Shown here in pieces: positions 11,841-23,434 of a stretch of DNA of 64,000 nucleotides. This DNA comes from Glaucostegus cemiculus. Lineage: Eukaryota. Numbering within the stretch: position 1 is the stretch's first letter; each line of letters begins with the position of its first letter. Where the stretch lies: positions 682,001 through 746,000 of the forward strand of contig CDPCPM010000029.1 of NCBI GenBank assembly GCA_976551045.1, given 5' to 3'. The notes under the pieces were generated by a model. It saw only the letters and a list, made by a program, of their open reading frames with translations, searched no databases and was not told the DNA's origin. The position numbers and the translations under genes were made by a program.

Positions 11841-13334
11841 TTTTCGGCACCTATATTTTCATGCTCCAACTTTTTATGCTGTTTCTAATGAGACTCCAGT
11901 AATGTTACAGTATCAAATTACGAAACAGAGAATATCTCAGAATGACTATTACTTTGTACTTATAAGAAGTCACTTAGTATGATTTCATATACTGAATCTT
12001 TCCATGTATTTCATGACGCATTCACATAATTTTTGAGTCTCCTGAAATAACTTAAAGATCTTTTGAGCCAAATCTGCAGGGATGGGTTTAAGCAACTCCT
12101 TTTGGAGAAAGTCTAAGAGCAGTACCCTGATTTCTTGGGCACAGTTCTTGACAGAAATAATTGGATCTGGACTATGATATCAGCAAAATAAATCTACAGG
12201 AAATAAGTTTATTAAATTACTTTTGAGCATTTGAGTTCCCTAGCTGTATCAATAATAAAATATGTTTAACCCACATAAATACATGGACAAAATTAGAATT
12301 GAAAAGCTTGCAATTCCTAACACTTGCTACATTTAAAATAACAATTAAATCAACAAAGTATGACCTTTATGTCTGTAATATGATTGACTTAATTTTCAGT
12401 AAATATGCAGATCTTAAGTTTGGGTGTGGTGCACAACTGGGAAAATACGGCCAGGGTATTTAGGACACAACATCATTTCCTCATAATGAGATTGCTCTCG
12501 CATTTATGCTCGTGCTCTTTAGCATAAGCCCCAATACCAGAAGTCAGCAAAATTGAGTTGAGTGGATTATTAACTGGGACATGTTTTGCTGAATAGATTT
12601 GAAAATGTGTCCCAGGTCATTCTCGTAGTTGAAGAAACAAGCCACATTTTATTTCACTCGTTTAATTAAACCAATGCCAAATCAGTTGACTGCTCTTGAA
12701 TTCATTTAAGTTGAATTTAAAATAATTGCAATTAATTGTAGCATCAGTATGAGAAATGGGTCTGAGGGAGGCTTCAATTAACTCCTGGTCAGGATCAAAC
12801 CTGGGTCGCTGGAGCTATATGATAGCAGCATTAATTCAACATCGCAGCATTACAGTTATCCCAGATGAAGTTTAAATCCATTAAAATTATTGCTCAGAGG
12901 CTTCTTGTGCTGGTTATTAACAATGGATTTGTGCTATTGTGAGGGTCTATGTGTCTTGAATTCTGGGCATTGTTTAACATGAGCAGCTAGAGGAATATTT
13001 AGGAGAAACACGGCACACCGACCTGCAGATGTGCTCCATTTTTGTGAGCGGGGTCTGTTTTAGGGCATTTTGAATTCTGAACCAACAATAAAGATTGTGG
13101 TAACTCAGCATGAACAGTAGTTGGCATATCTTGGTTGTGTTTAATTCTGAGGATCTTTTGCATTACTACTGACAATTCTACCCATATGGTGCTGTTGTCT
13201 TGGTGGAATCCTGTGGAAAATCCAGGTTCTTGCCTACAAGTCACGTGGTTTGCAAGGATTAATGTAAAGTATTTTCATTTTTGTGGAGAAGTTGAAACTT
13301 GGCAAATTCCTGTCAAAAATTAGGTCAGCTTCAT

Positions 13335-13590
13335 ATTTCAAGATAAGGCGGTTTGGCCCATTGTGTCTATGCCAGCTCTCAGAGAATTCCTCCCAGTCCC
13401 ATTCCTCCTCTTATCTCCCTGTAGCCTATTCTCTCTCACACGACCATCAACTTACCCCTGATTCATCTGCTACCCACCTACACTAGGGACAATTTACAGT
13501 AGTCCGGTAACCTACTAATATATCTTGAGATGTGGGATGAAACCAGAGCACCTGATGTTGGATCATGCAAAGTCCAACGGACAGCAGCTA
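13335..13590 (-). mobile_element. Old V-SINE
   Basis: Reverse V-domain gatgtgggatgaaaccagagcacctg; B-box-like gaacccaggtc; CR1-like tail ttcggccca-like. Confidence 0.6.
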
Positions 13591-14654
13591 AGGGCATTAC
13601 TGAACCCAGGTCGCTGCAGTTCTGTGGCAGCAGCACTAACTGTCATTCTCCTTGATGAGGTTTGGATACATTAAAGTTATTGCTCAGAGACTTGTGTGAA
13701 ACCAGCACTTTAACCAAATTCAAGATGCATGAAGCCATTGAACACAGATCCATATCAGGAGTACAAGATCTTAAAGTCTGTCCTTTAATATTGTACATTC
13801 ACTGTTCAGATTAAATATGAGGACATTTTAGATCTGTTTTAAAACATGTAGAAATTAATATTATCTAATGATTAATTAGATTGTAACATTGATATTGCTG
13901 CCTTCCTTATTCTCAACAATATCACTTAAGTTTATTAAAGATTCAAGATTGCTTTATTGTCATTGAGCCGTTGAGACAACAGAACAATGAGATTTCATTG
14001 GCACTCCCACATCAGACAACAGGCACAATACTTAAATATTAAATAAATAGAGAATAAATTAAGTTAGAGTTTACACTGTAGGGTTTACTTGGTGTACTAG
14101 AGGGAGAGAAGAAGCGAGAAAGAACTAGTGCAATCTAGGAAATATATTTCATTTTGCTATGAGGGTAATTTCACAGGACATTATCTGTTGTTTAATTATT
14201 GTAATGGTTCAATTTTGCATTTAAAGTTTAATCCTTAGAACCCTGAGTAGGTTCAGAGGAAATCTAGTTTATTTTGCAAATTGAAATAAAGATCAGAACT
14301 ACAGTATTGCAGCTATCAATGCAAGAGGAATGGCTTCTATTAACAATAAGCTGCCAGAAATGCCTAAAAATACAAAACCAATCAAAAAATGAAAGGTTAA
14401 AAGTTGTAATTGGGCAATGGTATTTTCTACCTATTTGTATGCACTATTTTGTTTAAATTTAGCTTAAACTTTTTGCCACTTGTGGACTTACTGAACCCCT
14501 CCCCCCACCCCTCTCCCCAAACCACTCATGCTTTGGGCTTTACACTTATTTTGCTTCTCTGAAGCGCTTTTTCATATTATTGCCATACAAATGCTGCTAT
14601 CTAGTTACCAGGTGCTTACAATAGTATTTATCTGTCTACAAAGAATAAGAAAGG

Positions 14655-14885
14655 TTTACATTTCTATACCATTTTCACAATGTCAGAACATCCCAAAGTG
14701 CTTTAGAACATTACTTAAATGTTTGTATTGTTGTAATATGGGAAATGCAGCAATCAATTTGAACACAACAAGCTTACACAAAAGTAAGCTGATAATCACC
14801 AGTTATATATTTTTTTAAATGCAGTACTGTTCAAGAGGTAAATATTGATCAGGCCCCTGAGATAAATTCCCTGCACTTCAAATTC
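14655..14885 (-). mobile_element. Deu-domain SINE remnant (SacSINE1/AmnSINE1-like)
   Basis: The reverse complement resembles the Deu core and tail as I recall them (CAGGG..T..CTC..GG..CCTG..CAATATTTA.CCTC; AAGCTTG.TGTG..CAAATTG..TGC.GC.TTTCC.A.ATTACAACA; AAAGCACTTTGGGATG). Confidence 0.65.
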
Positions 14886-15090
14886 GTGATTTTTCACGTA
14901 CTTGCCATGCATTAGTTTGTACCTGAAGGTTGTCTAAGTTTTGCTACTTGCAGGCATGGACTGCTTCATTTGCTCAGGAGTAATAATTCAGTCTCTCTTG
15001 GTCTCCACTCTATTAGAAACACCCTCATTGTTCTCCCCATCTATTCCCCTTCTCTGCAGCTAATAATATGTTTGTTTTGTAACTTTTACA

Positions 15091-15190
15091 AGTCTGATGA
15101 AAGCTCATTTACCTGAAATGATAATTTTATTTCTCTCTTCATAGATGCTGCCTGGCCTACTGAGTAGTTCCAACAGTTTTCTGTACTTTT
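15091..15190 (+). mobile_element. Penelope pLTR fragment with hammerhead-like core
   Basis: agtCTGATGAaagctcatttacctGAAAtg followed by catagatgctgcctggcctactgagt..ttccaaca. Confidence 0.7.
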
Positions 15191-15284
15191 TCCCACACTT
15201 ATAGCATCTACAAAACTGTGATTAGGTAGAGGGGAAGGTCCAGATGGTGTTGGCTGTTAACATTACTATGTATTTAATTTTTCT

Positions 15285-15529
15285 TTTAATTTTTATTTAC
15301 AGCGTGATAACAGGCCCTTTCGGCCCAACGAGTCCGCGCCGCCCATTTTAAACCCCCAAATTAACCTACCCGTACGTCTTTAGAATGTGGGAGGAAACCG
15401 GAGCACCTGGAGGAAACCCACGCAGACACGGGAGAACGTACAAACTCCTTACAGTCAGCGACGGGAATCGAACCCCGATCGCTGGCGCTGTAACAGTGGC
15501 GCGCTAACCACTACGCTATCGTGCCGCCC
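15285..15529 (-). mobile_element. Young full-length tRNA-derived V-SINE, family A (CR1-type tail)
   Basis: Minus strand: GGGCGGCACGATAGCGTAGTGG (A box)...GGTTCGATTCCC (B box)...V-domain...TTGGGCCGAAAGGGCCTGTTATCACGCTGTAAATAAAA; CpG-rich; near-identical to 62655-62912. Confidence 0.9.
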
Positions 15530-15839
15530 TAAATGTAGGTAATTCATCCAACATCAGCAGTGTAGACAATGAAGTATTTAATTTCATGTCTAAGGGTTGT
15601 ATAGTTTTTTGTTATATATTTAAAATACAAAAAAAATGGCAGACATAATATCATTCCTCAGATTAAAAAGGAAACAGAAGAATTCTGGGAACCTATTGAT
15701 CATTCAGCTTAATGTCAAGGTTAGGAAAGATATTAGATTTCCTACTTAAAAGTGCAGTTGAGAAGTATCTAGACTTTAAAACTATAGTAAAAACTAATCA
15801 ATAAAAGGAAGTTGTGCTTGACCAATCTTTTGACTTATT

Positions 15840-16990
15840 TGGGAAAATATATAGAAAGGGTAGGTGAAAGTAATTCAGAATATAATTGAATTTTCAAAAA
15901 GGTCTTGTTAAGGTACTGATTTACAGATTCATAACTAAGGTCAAAGAATGTAGAATTAGTGGCAGAAAAGGAAACAAAATGGCCACAAGGCAGAAAACAA
16001 CATGCAAAAATTTAAGATGGGTACTTAGATTGCTGGGAAGAGATGAGAGTGGGGCAGGCACGGTAGTGTAGCGGCTAGCATAACACTTTACAGCACCAGC
16101 GACCTGGGTTCAATTCTGGCCACTGTCTGTAAGGAGTTTGTGCATTCTCCCCATGTCTACATGGGTTTCCTCTGGGTGCTCCGGTTTGCTCCCACATTCC
16201 AAAGACGTACAGGTTAGGAAGTTGTGGGCATGCTATGTTGGCGCCAGAAGCGTGGCGACACTTACAGGCTGCTCCCAGAACACTCTACGCAAAAGCTGCA
16301 TTTCACTGTGTGTTTCGATGTACATGTGACTAATAAAGATACCTTATCATCATCTTATGCATGGGTATCTGTGCTGAAACTGCTGTTGTTCAGTGTTTAC
16401 ATAAAAGATTTGGATATGGTAATCAAAATTTATAGATGACACCAAACAATGTGCAATTAGTAACAAAGAGGTCTGGAGAATTGAGTGACAATGGTGGTAC
16501 AATTTTTGTGGGTTGATGGAAAAGGGCCGTGTATTCCTTGGAAAATAGGAATGGGGTAGAGGCACATAAGGATCTCAGCAGATGCATTTCACAAGGCATT
16601 ATTAACAACAATGCTACTTAATAAAGCCATTAAAAATTGCAAATAGCATACTGAGAAATCTATTTCCACAAGAAAATAATTCAAATTGAGTTAAAACCTT
16701 TGGGTAAATGTATAACAAAAAGAGCTATAGGGAGAAGGAGTGGGACTATTCTGACTGATTTGACATGTAGCCTGTATGAACTCAGTGGGTGATATGCCCT
16801 CCTTTCATTGCTGTGAAAATGGATATAAATTCCTACAGAAAATGCTAAAAGGATGTTCCCTGCACTGAGAATCTAAGACTGTCATGAAAGACATTGAACA
16901 GACTGGAACAGTTTTTTTCTATAAAGGAGAAAACCTGAGAGGTGACCAGATAGAAGTTTTGCTTCTACATAGTGTAATTGAAATATGTTT
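15840..16990 (+). mobile_element. Ancient CR1 remnant interrupted by a SINE
   Basis: Traces NFQKGLVKV (DFxKAFDKV-like), GSVLKLLLFSVYIKDLD and DDTK flank the 16051 SINE. Confidence 0.55.
16051..16357 (+). mobile_element. Full-length tRNA-derived V-SINE, family B (Rex-like tail)
   Basis: GGGGCAGGCACGGTAGTGTAGCGG (A box), GGTTCAATTC (B box), V-domain, tail ATTTCACTGTGTGTTTCGATGTACATGTGACTAATAAAGATA.CTTATC. Confidence 0.9.
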
Positions 16991-18454
16991 GCAACATATT
17001 TCCAGTGTAATAAGGAAGGAGGCAGTGCCGGAAGTATTTCTGAGCAATGTGTGTCGGTGAGAGAACATTTTGAGAGCAGTGGTCATGAAGTTCGGTTTGA
17101 AGCAATAGTGGAAAAGGACAAGGACAACAAAAATTCAAGTGTGAAAACATTCAACTGGAGGAGAGCTAAATTCAGTGATTTTATAAAGTGATCAGGCCCT
17201 GTTGGATTGGAATCAAAGACTGGCAAGTAAAACTAAGTGAATGGCCATCAGAGGTGTTTAGGTATGAGGCACATTCATTCAAGGAAGAAAGGAAGGATCT
17301 CAAAATCTAGAGATTCTTGCTGAAGTAAAGATACAGTGCTTAAAATGAAACAAGAAAATAAAATTATATTTATAATTCATCAAAGGACCATGTATACAGA
17401 GAACACCAAATGTGCAGGGGAGATATGGAAGAGAAAAGAGAAGAAGATTAGTTGCTTAAATAAAACACATCCATGTTCTCTTTCAGAAACATATAACAAA
17501 CAGAAGGGTCAGCAGATACGGGATCAGAGGGGGCTTGATCTTGTAGAGGCAGAGTTGAGAAGCCCAGCAACTTTAGTAAGCCAATGTCCATGTTAGTGAG
17601 CTCATAAAGATATTATTTTAGGATAAAATCAATGAACTTATGGAAAAAATTATTGATTAACAAATTGAAACCAAATCACATTAAAGGCATAAAGACACAA
17701 GAGACTGCAAATGCTGGCATCTTGAGCAAAGAAAAACTGCAGGAGGAACTCAGTGGGTCAGGCAGTTTTGGAGTTCTTCCAGCAGTTTCCTTTTAGCTTC
17801 ACGTTAAAGGCATATTATGTATGACTAACAAGTTCTTTGAAGTAATTGAGAGGTTGTTAAGGGCCATGAGGTTTATGTAGACATTGTGGGCGTTCAGTGG
17901 CTTTAGACAAAATAATACAAAATATCAGAAGTAGTGAAAAGCATATCTACTTCCTCTCTATGTATGTGACGAGGACCTGAATGCATGGCAAACTTTGAAT
18001 GTTTTCAGATAACACAGAAAATGGAAATGTAACATATTTCACATTTCTGAAGAACATAGATAATTTGCCAAAATTAATTGGGGATACATGAGGGTGGAGG
18101 GCGAGAAGACATATGAAAATTGAAATTTATCACAAAGAAGTGTATAGAGGTTAATTATGATGGGAAAAATAGGAAACACTAATCCATCATGCCCTTTTTA
18201 TATTTGATCTCAGAATGTGTGTGTTGTTGGCAAGGCTGTCATTGTCCACTGAAATGTCCGTAATATATTAATTCAAGAACTGAAGGCTCAGTACAAATCT
18301 TATCACTATTCATCAACCAGCCAAGAATATCCTTGCTGCCTGCCTCACATCTCCCATCCAATTAGTGACTTATGTCATACATCTCCAATTCTGTGCCATT
18401 TCATTTTTATTAGTAGTCTCTTGTGGTAAACCTTGAAAATCAGACTCTCAGACA

Positions 18455-18735
18455 AGTTAGACTATTGAACGGTTCCTTATACGATAAGATGGACTCTTGA
18501 CCTCACAATCTACCTTGTTGTGACTTTGCACCTTATTGTCTACCTGCAATGCACTTCCCTGTAGGTGTGACACTTTACTCTGTACTCTGTTATTGTTTTT
18601 ACCTGTACTAACTCAATGCACTCTGTACTAACTCAATGTATCTGTACTGTGTAATGAATTGATCTGTACAAATGATATGCAAGACAAGTTTTTCACTGTA
18701 CCTTGGTACATGTGACAATAGAAAACCAATACCAA
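18455..18735 (+). mobile_element. 3' UTR fragment of Rex1/Babar family 2 LINE
   Basis: Matches 33860-34110 and the reverse of 40685-40930 (gacctcacaatctacctt...tttcactgtaccttggtacatgtgacaata). Confidence 0.85.
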
Positions 18736-18890
18736 AGTTATAAGCTTGTGCTTTTGTGTGGAATTGTTTCCTGGCTGCACTTCTTGAGCTGACTTGGGCA
18801 ATTCATTTCAATATGGATAAAATTGGATTTTTTAAAAAATATAGAATAGAAACTACAAAGGACTCACTAATCTTCATGTTGTAATTTCAG

Positions 18891-19100
18891 GCTGAGAAGC
18901 CCAAATACAATAATCAATATATCACTGGCTCAGCAGAGCTACAGGGACACTTTCAACTGGACATTGATGTTGCTGGTATTGTACACACCCACCACCCAAT
19001 GTTCAGTCGTGAACATGTGTTGGCAGCCAAACTGGCTCAACTGTATGATCAGTACCAACTTCGACAACAGAAAAACCTTGCCAGCCTGTACTCTGACAAG
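18891..19100 (+). CDS. CC2D2A: CC2D2A window-exon 5 (210 nt)
   Basis: tttcag|GCT GAG AAG...GAC AAG|gtatga; ...GHFQLDIDVAGIVHTHHPMFSREHVLAAKLAQLYDQY... Confidence 0.96.
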
Positions 19101-19881
19101 GTATGAACATTTTACCAATAAAGAAGCAATATAACCCAAGAGTCACAATGTGAATAAGAATAAGGATTAAAGTATGAACAGTTTGAAGATCACAGATGGT
19201 TTACCCATTTGCAGAAGTGATGAAATTTTAGTCTTAACTTGCAGGGTAACATCAGCTGAATATCAATATGTGTAACTGCCCACCAAAAGGGCTGTTTTCA
19301 ATTTTTATTTTTGGTATAATATGCTTGTTTGAATATATCGGTGTTGCTTATACTTGCTGTAAATCAGAACAAGAACTGGTTCAGAAATTCCTAGGGACAA
19401 ATAACTTGAATCTACACAGTCAGTAGGCACTCAAAAATGGATTGATCAGTATATGCAAAATTATTGTTGAAAAGATAATAAGGTTTTCAATTTTTTTGTT
19501 AATCTAAAAAGACTATCTTTGAACAAGACTAAACCAACTGTAACTCATTGAAGTATATGTGAAGTCTAAAACTAATGAATTGATGGCATTCATTCAATTT
19601 ACCAGTTACATTTCTTCTACATTTTCATGCAAACTTAGAAGTTTTTGGGTTTTTTTTAATGTTTTTTGTTTAAAATGCTTTTTAAAAACATGTTTTGGAA
19701 GTTGATTAATATTATATGGGACATGACTTAACACTTTAAGTTGAAACATTCTTTACAATATTGTTTATTGTCAGGCATTTATATTGGGTTAACTAGCATT
19801 AAATTGGTTATAGGCATATATTTATAATAAGGTATTTTAATTTATTTGTCATGATTATTTTGCAATGGTCTACGTTTATAG

Positions 19882-19982
19882 TTGCGTGCTCTAAGGAATG
19901 CAATGAACAACATTGCAGATGGCCGAAGTGTGCAGAATTCATTGGCACAGCACAGACTTGTAGAATATAAATCAGAGATCCG
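19882..19982 (+). CDS. CC2D2A: CC2D2A window-exon 6 (101 nt)
   Basis: ttatag|TTG CGT GCT...ATC CG|gtaagg; LRALRNAMNNIADGRSVQNSLAQHRLVEYKSEIR; phase 0 to 2. Confidence 0.93.
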
Positions 19983-21641
19983 GTAAGGGAGATCTTTTTA
20001 TGCTTGAATTTTGACATGCTAAAATCTTTTTATTGTACTTTTAAGTTTCAGTGGATACAGATCAGAGATGATCATTAATCCAATCCACTAATCTTAACAA
20101 AATACGGTGTGTATAAGGCAGATTTAAGAGTATTGCTAAATAAAGAAATCTGTATGCATTGGTATGTTGGTATCCCTATGCTCTTTACAATGCAAGTGCT
20201 TGTTCATATTTAACATTCAAATGTTGCAATTCCCATTTATTTCTATTAATTTTAGGAGCAATTTTAGAATGATACAATACTAATATTGCATCATTCTCCT
20301 TTTGCTCCAGCTCTCACTGTTAAAACTTTCATAACCTTACATCCAGTTTTTCAGAAACCCTGAATTCTGAATGTGAGCTGGGGGTCCAAAGTATAAGCAG
20401 AGTGTGCAGTCAGGGCTGGGGGCCTGGAGTGTGGCCAGAGCCACATATGTTGCCAGAGCTGGGATAGGGGTCCAGCACACTGGGAGTCAGCAATATGGTT
20501 TGGGTTACAACCTTAGCCAGGATCTGGAGTGCTTGTATATTTCCTGTTCCCTTTAAACTCATTGATTTTCACTCGCAAATTTATTATACTAGTGTGTAAA
20601 GTGTTTTTTTTTAAGAAAAGTGGAAATAAAAGTTTGTTTGGATGTTAATGGGAATAACATTCAGCAGTCCAGAAAATCTTTTAGTCCATCTCTACCATAG
20701 TCCCTGGCATGCTGGATTATCAGTTTTATTCTACTGGTATTTCAGTGGTGGATTGTACGAGTTGGGGGGAGAGGGCGTAGTTATCAATGAGGATTATAAT
20801 TTTCCTCACCTTTCCTCGCATTCTTCCTGAATGGAGGCTGCTGATGTGTTACCCACCACAGTCTGGTGGTGGGGGAGCAGAATTCCATTTAGTGTTGACA
20901 TTCATCACGTGCTATTGGAAGGGGAATCTCTGTGGAATGGGGCAGCAGCGCCAGGGTCACAGAACTTCCACTGCAGCTATTGGGTCAGCGTTTACCATCC
21001 ATGAAAGTGGATGATTTGAAGCAGCTATTATCCAAAATACAGAGTTTGAAACATATTATTTTAGAGTATTTGGAGGTATATATAGTACGTTGTGTGGTAT
21101 TCGTATTTAATGTTTTATATTTTTGTATACATGTGGCAATTTCTCTGTGTTGAATGATTTTGCTGGCGGTGTTTGATATCAGCCACTTGGCACCCACAAT
21201 GTAGTAGTGCAAAGGAAATGCATCTGGCAGGAGAGGGTCACAGCAACAAAATCATTTGCAACAGTTCTTTTCCTGCTTAAAAACTACTGAATGAACACTC
21301 TGTAACCTGTGAGGGTAAGGAAGAAGAGGTGGGAGTGAGCTAATCCATTTTTGGGTGGTTTGGGCACAATAAACTGAATGGCTTCCTTCTGTTGCATTAA
21401 ATGCTTTCACTCCTTTCTCTAACTAGGCAGCTTTTATCAGATATAGCCCTGCAAATGTGGCAGATCTTGCAATAACCTATCCACATGATAATTCTGCATG
21501 TGTGAATACATATCGTATCAATTTGCATTTGACAATGGATTCTAATACCGATGATTTATACTTGTGTGTTATCACTACAGTTACACTCATCACAGGAATG
21601 GGAACTGATCAGGAGCTACAGCCAATTTTTGCTTTTGTCTC

Positions 21642-22495
21642 TGTCACGTATCAGCAATGAAAGAAACACACTGAGTCGTGTATAAGTGTTAAAACTATTT
21701 TATTAGTAACTACTTATGATAATAAGAAAAGTAAAAGTAATAATGTTAGAATGTTAGAAGTAAAACTGTTAGGTCATAAACATTAACCCCAAAAATTAAA
21801 CTCGAAGTGTGTGTGTATGGCAAATTCCCAAGCTCCAAGTCTAGGAATAGTTCTCAAAGTTCAGTTCAACAAGCCGTAAGGTGAAATGTGAGCAAAGGTT
21901 TCTTCAAAAGCCAGCGTTGACTGAAGAGAAGATGTAGAGAGAAAATAGAGAGTAATTACAAAATCCTAATGTTCCACGATGGAACCCATACGATACCTCA
22001 ATCACTGATGATATCCATTCCTTTGTTCTGAAGTATCTGCCACCCCAAAAGGCACTAGAGATGTAACCGTCCACACAAATACCTGTTTCCTTCTGCCGGT
22101 TAATGACAAAGTGGAGTCCACTGGATTATTCCAAAAATACATATGTGGATTGTAATGACAGACACAGTTATTGTTTTTCATCCATNNNNNNNNNNNNNNN
22201 NNNNNNNNNNNNNNNNNNNNNNNNNNNNNNNNNNNNNNNNNNNNNNNNNNNNNNNNNNNNNNNNNNNNNNNNNNNNNNNNNNNNNNNNNNNNNNNNNNNN
22301 NNNNNNNNNNNNNNNNNNNNNNNNNNNNNNNNNNNNNNNNNNNNNNNNNNNNNNNNNNNNNNNNNNNNNNNNNNNNNNNNNNNNNNNNNNNNNNACATCC
22401 TTTATCTCCTGCTGTTGTCGTAATCACGCCACACACACACACTACTGTACTATGTCTTAAAGGGACATTCACCAATAGTAACCTAATCCGTAACA
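21642..22495 (-). mobile_element. LTR (solo or collapsed; Gypsy-like) spanning an assembly gap
   Basis: Termini TGTCACGTA...TCCGTAACA (TG..CA, imperfect inverted); 4-bp TSD TCTC at 21638-21641 and 22496-22499; AATAAA on the minus strand at 21698-21703. Confidence 0.7.
22186..22394. other. Assembly gap (209 N)
   Basis: Run of N. Confidence 1.
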
Positions 22496-23248
22496 TCTCC
22501 CAGCCAACACCATGAGCAATTATATTGAACCAACTGTTAAACTAATACTAAGCTAATTCAGCACAAAGCAGAATTAAATCTGATGCTATCTGGTGTCTAT
22601 AAATTATGTTAATCTGGCCGAGTATTCAGTTGTATGACCACAGGGAGAATGAGATTTATGACATAAATGTCGCTTGAAGCAATGATATTATCCAGAGCCA
22701 TAGAAAACAACTATTGCTCAAAACAGGGAATTTGATTCGATGATTGTGTGGAAAACCTAATGTTACCACCAAGTGCAAATAACATATAAATCTAGAGTAA
22801 AAAATAGGCACACAAATGGTTTGAGTATCAAGTTAACATTGCTCATTTTTTTTCATATCATTTGCCAGAAATAATTGATTCACAAGTAATATTGGAAATT
22901 GTGTAAATTGGTGCCTTGATTTTAAACCAAATAGGATATCTTTTAATTATCATGCTCAACAAACACTGAAGTGTTTTCAAACATGAAAAGAATTATGTCT
23001 GCATTTTTGCTGAGAATACAACTCTTTCCTTAAGTCATTATCCTTCTTTGGGAAGGAGTCTAAGTTAATAAGCAGTGAAGAAGTTTACCTTTGAAAAGAG
23101 TCAGCCAACAATGCAGAGTAATAAAACAATGGATAAAAGCCTTCACAACTGAAATACAAATATAAATTAGCTGGACAAGGAGTCTTTTCATTAGATTTAA
23201 GTTTGATGCAATCAAAATACAAAAATAAATCCAAATATCCCTTCACAG

Positions 23249-23389
23249 AGCAACCCGAAGAATGTGTCACGTGGAACAAGAGAAGGATCGGACCTTGCTG
23301 AAGAATATTGTCAAAGTATGGAAAGACATCAAGTCACTTAGAGAGTTCCAGAAATTCACCAACACACCAGTGAAACTACATCTTAGAAG
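23249..23389 (+). CDS. CC2D2A: CC2D2A window-exon 7 (141 nt, coiled coil)
   Basis: tcacag|A GCA ACC...AGA AG|gtgagg; [46 protein letters not shown]; phase 2 to 2. Confidence 0.95.
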
Positions 23390-23434
23390 GTGAGGTGACT
23401 TTTGTTTTACAATTTTCATCTGGAATCCAGATGA

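Noticed and set aside
14495-14520. G-quadruplex-like C/G runs (also 31708-31728 and 23600-23805)
   Set aside because: Short low-complexity tracts, partly within TE sequence; common and without functional evidence.
15460-15529. tRNA gene (A and B boxes), also at 62840-62912 and 16051-16125
   Set aside because: These are tRNA-derived SINE heads that continue into a V-domain and a LINE-like tail; there is no complete cloverleaf or Pol III terminator.
22002-22515. ORFs spanning poly-X (also 28694-29065)
   Set aside because: Artefacts of translating through assembly gaps. Exon phases on either side of both gaps are compatible and collinear with the known protein, so no constitutive exon needs to lie in a gap.
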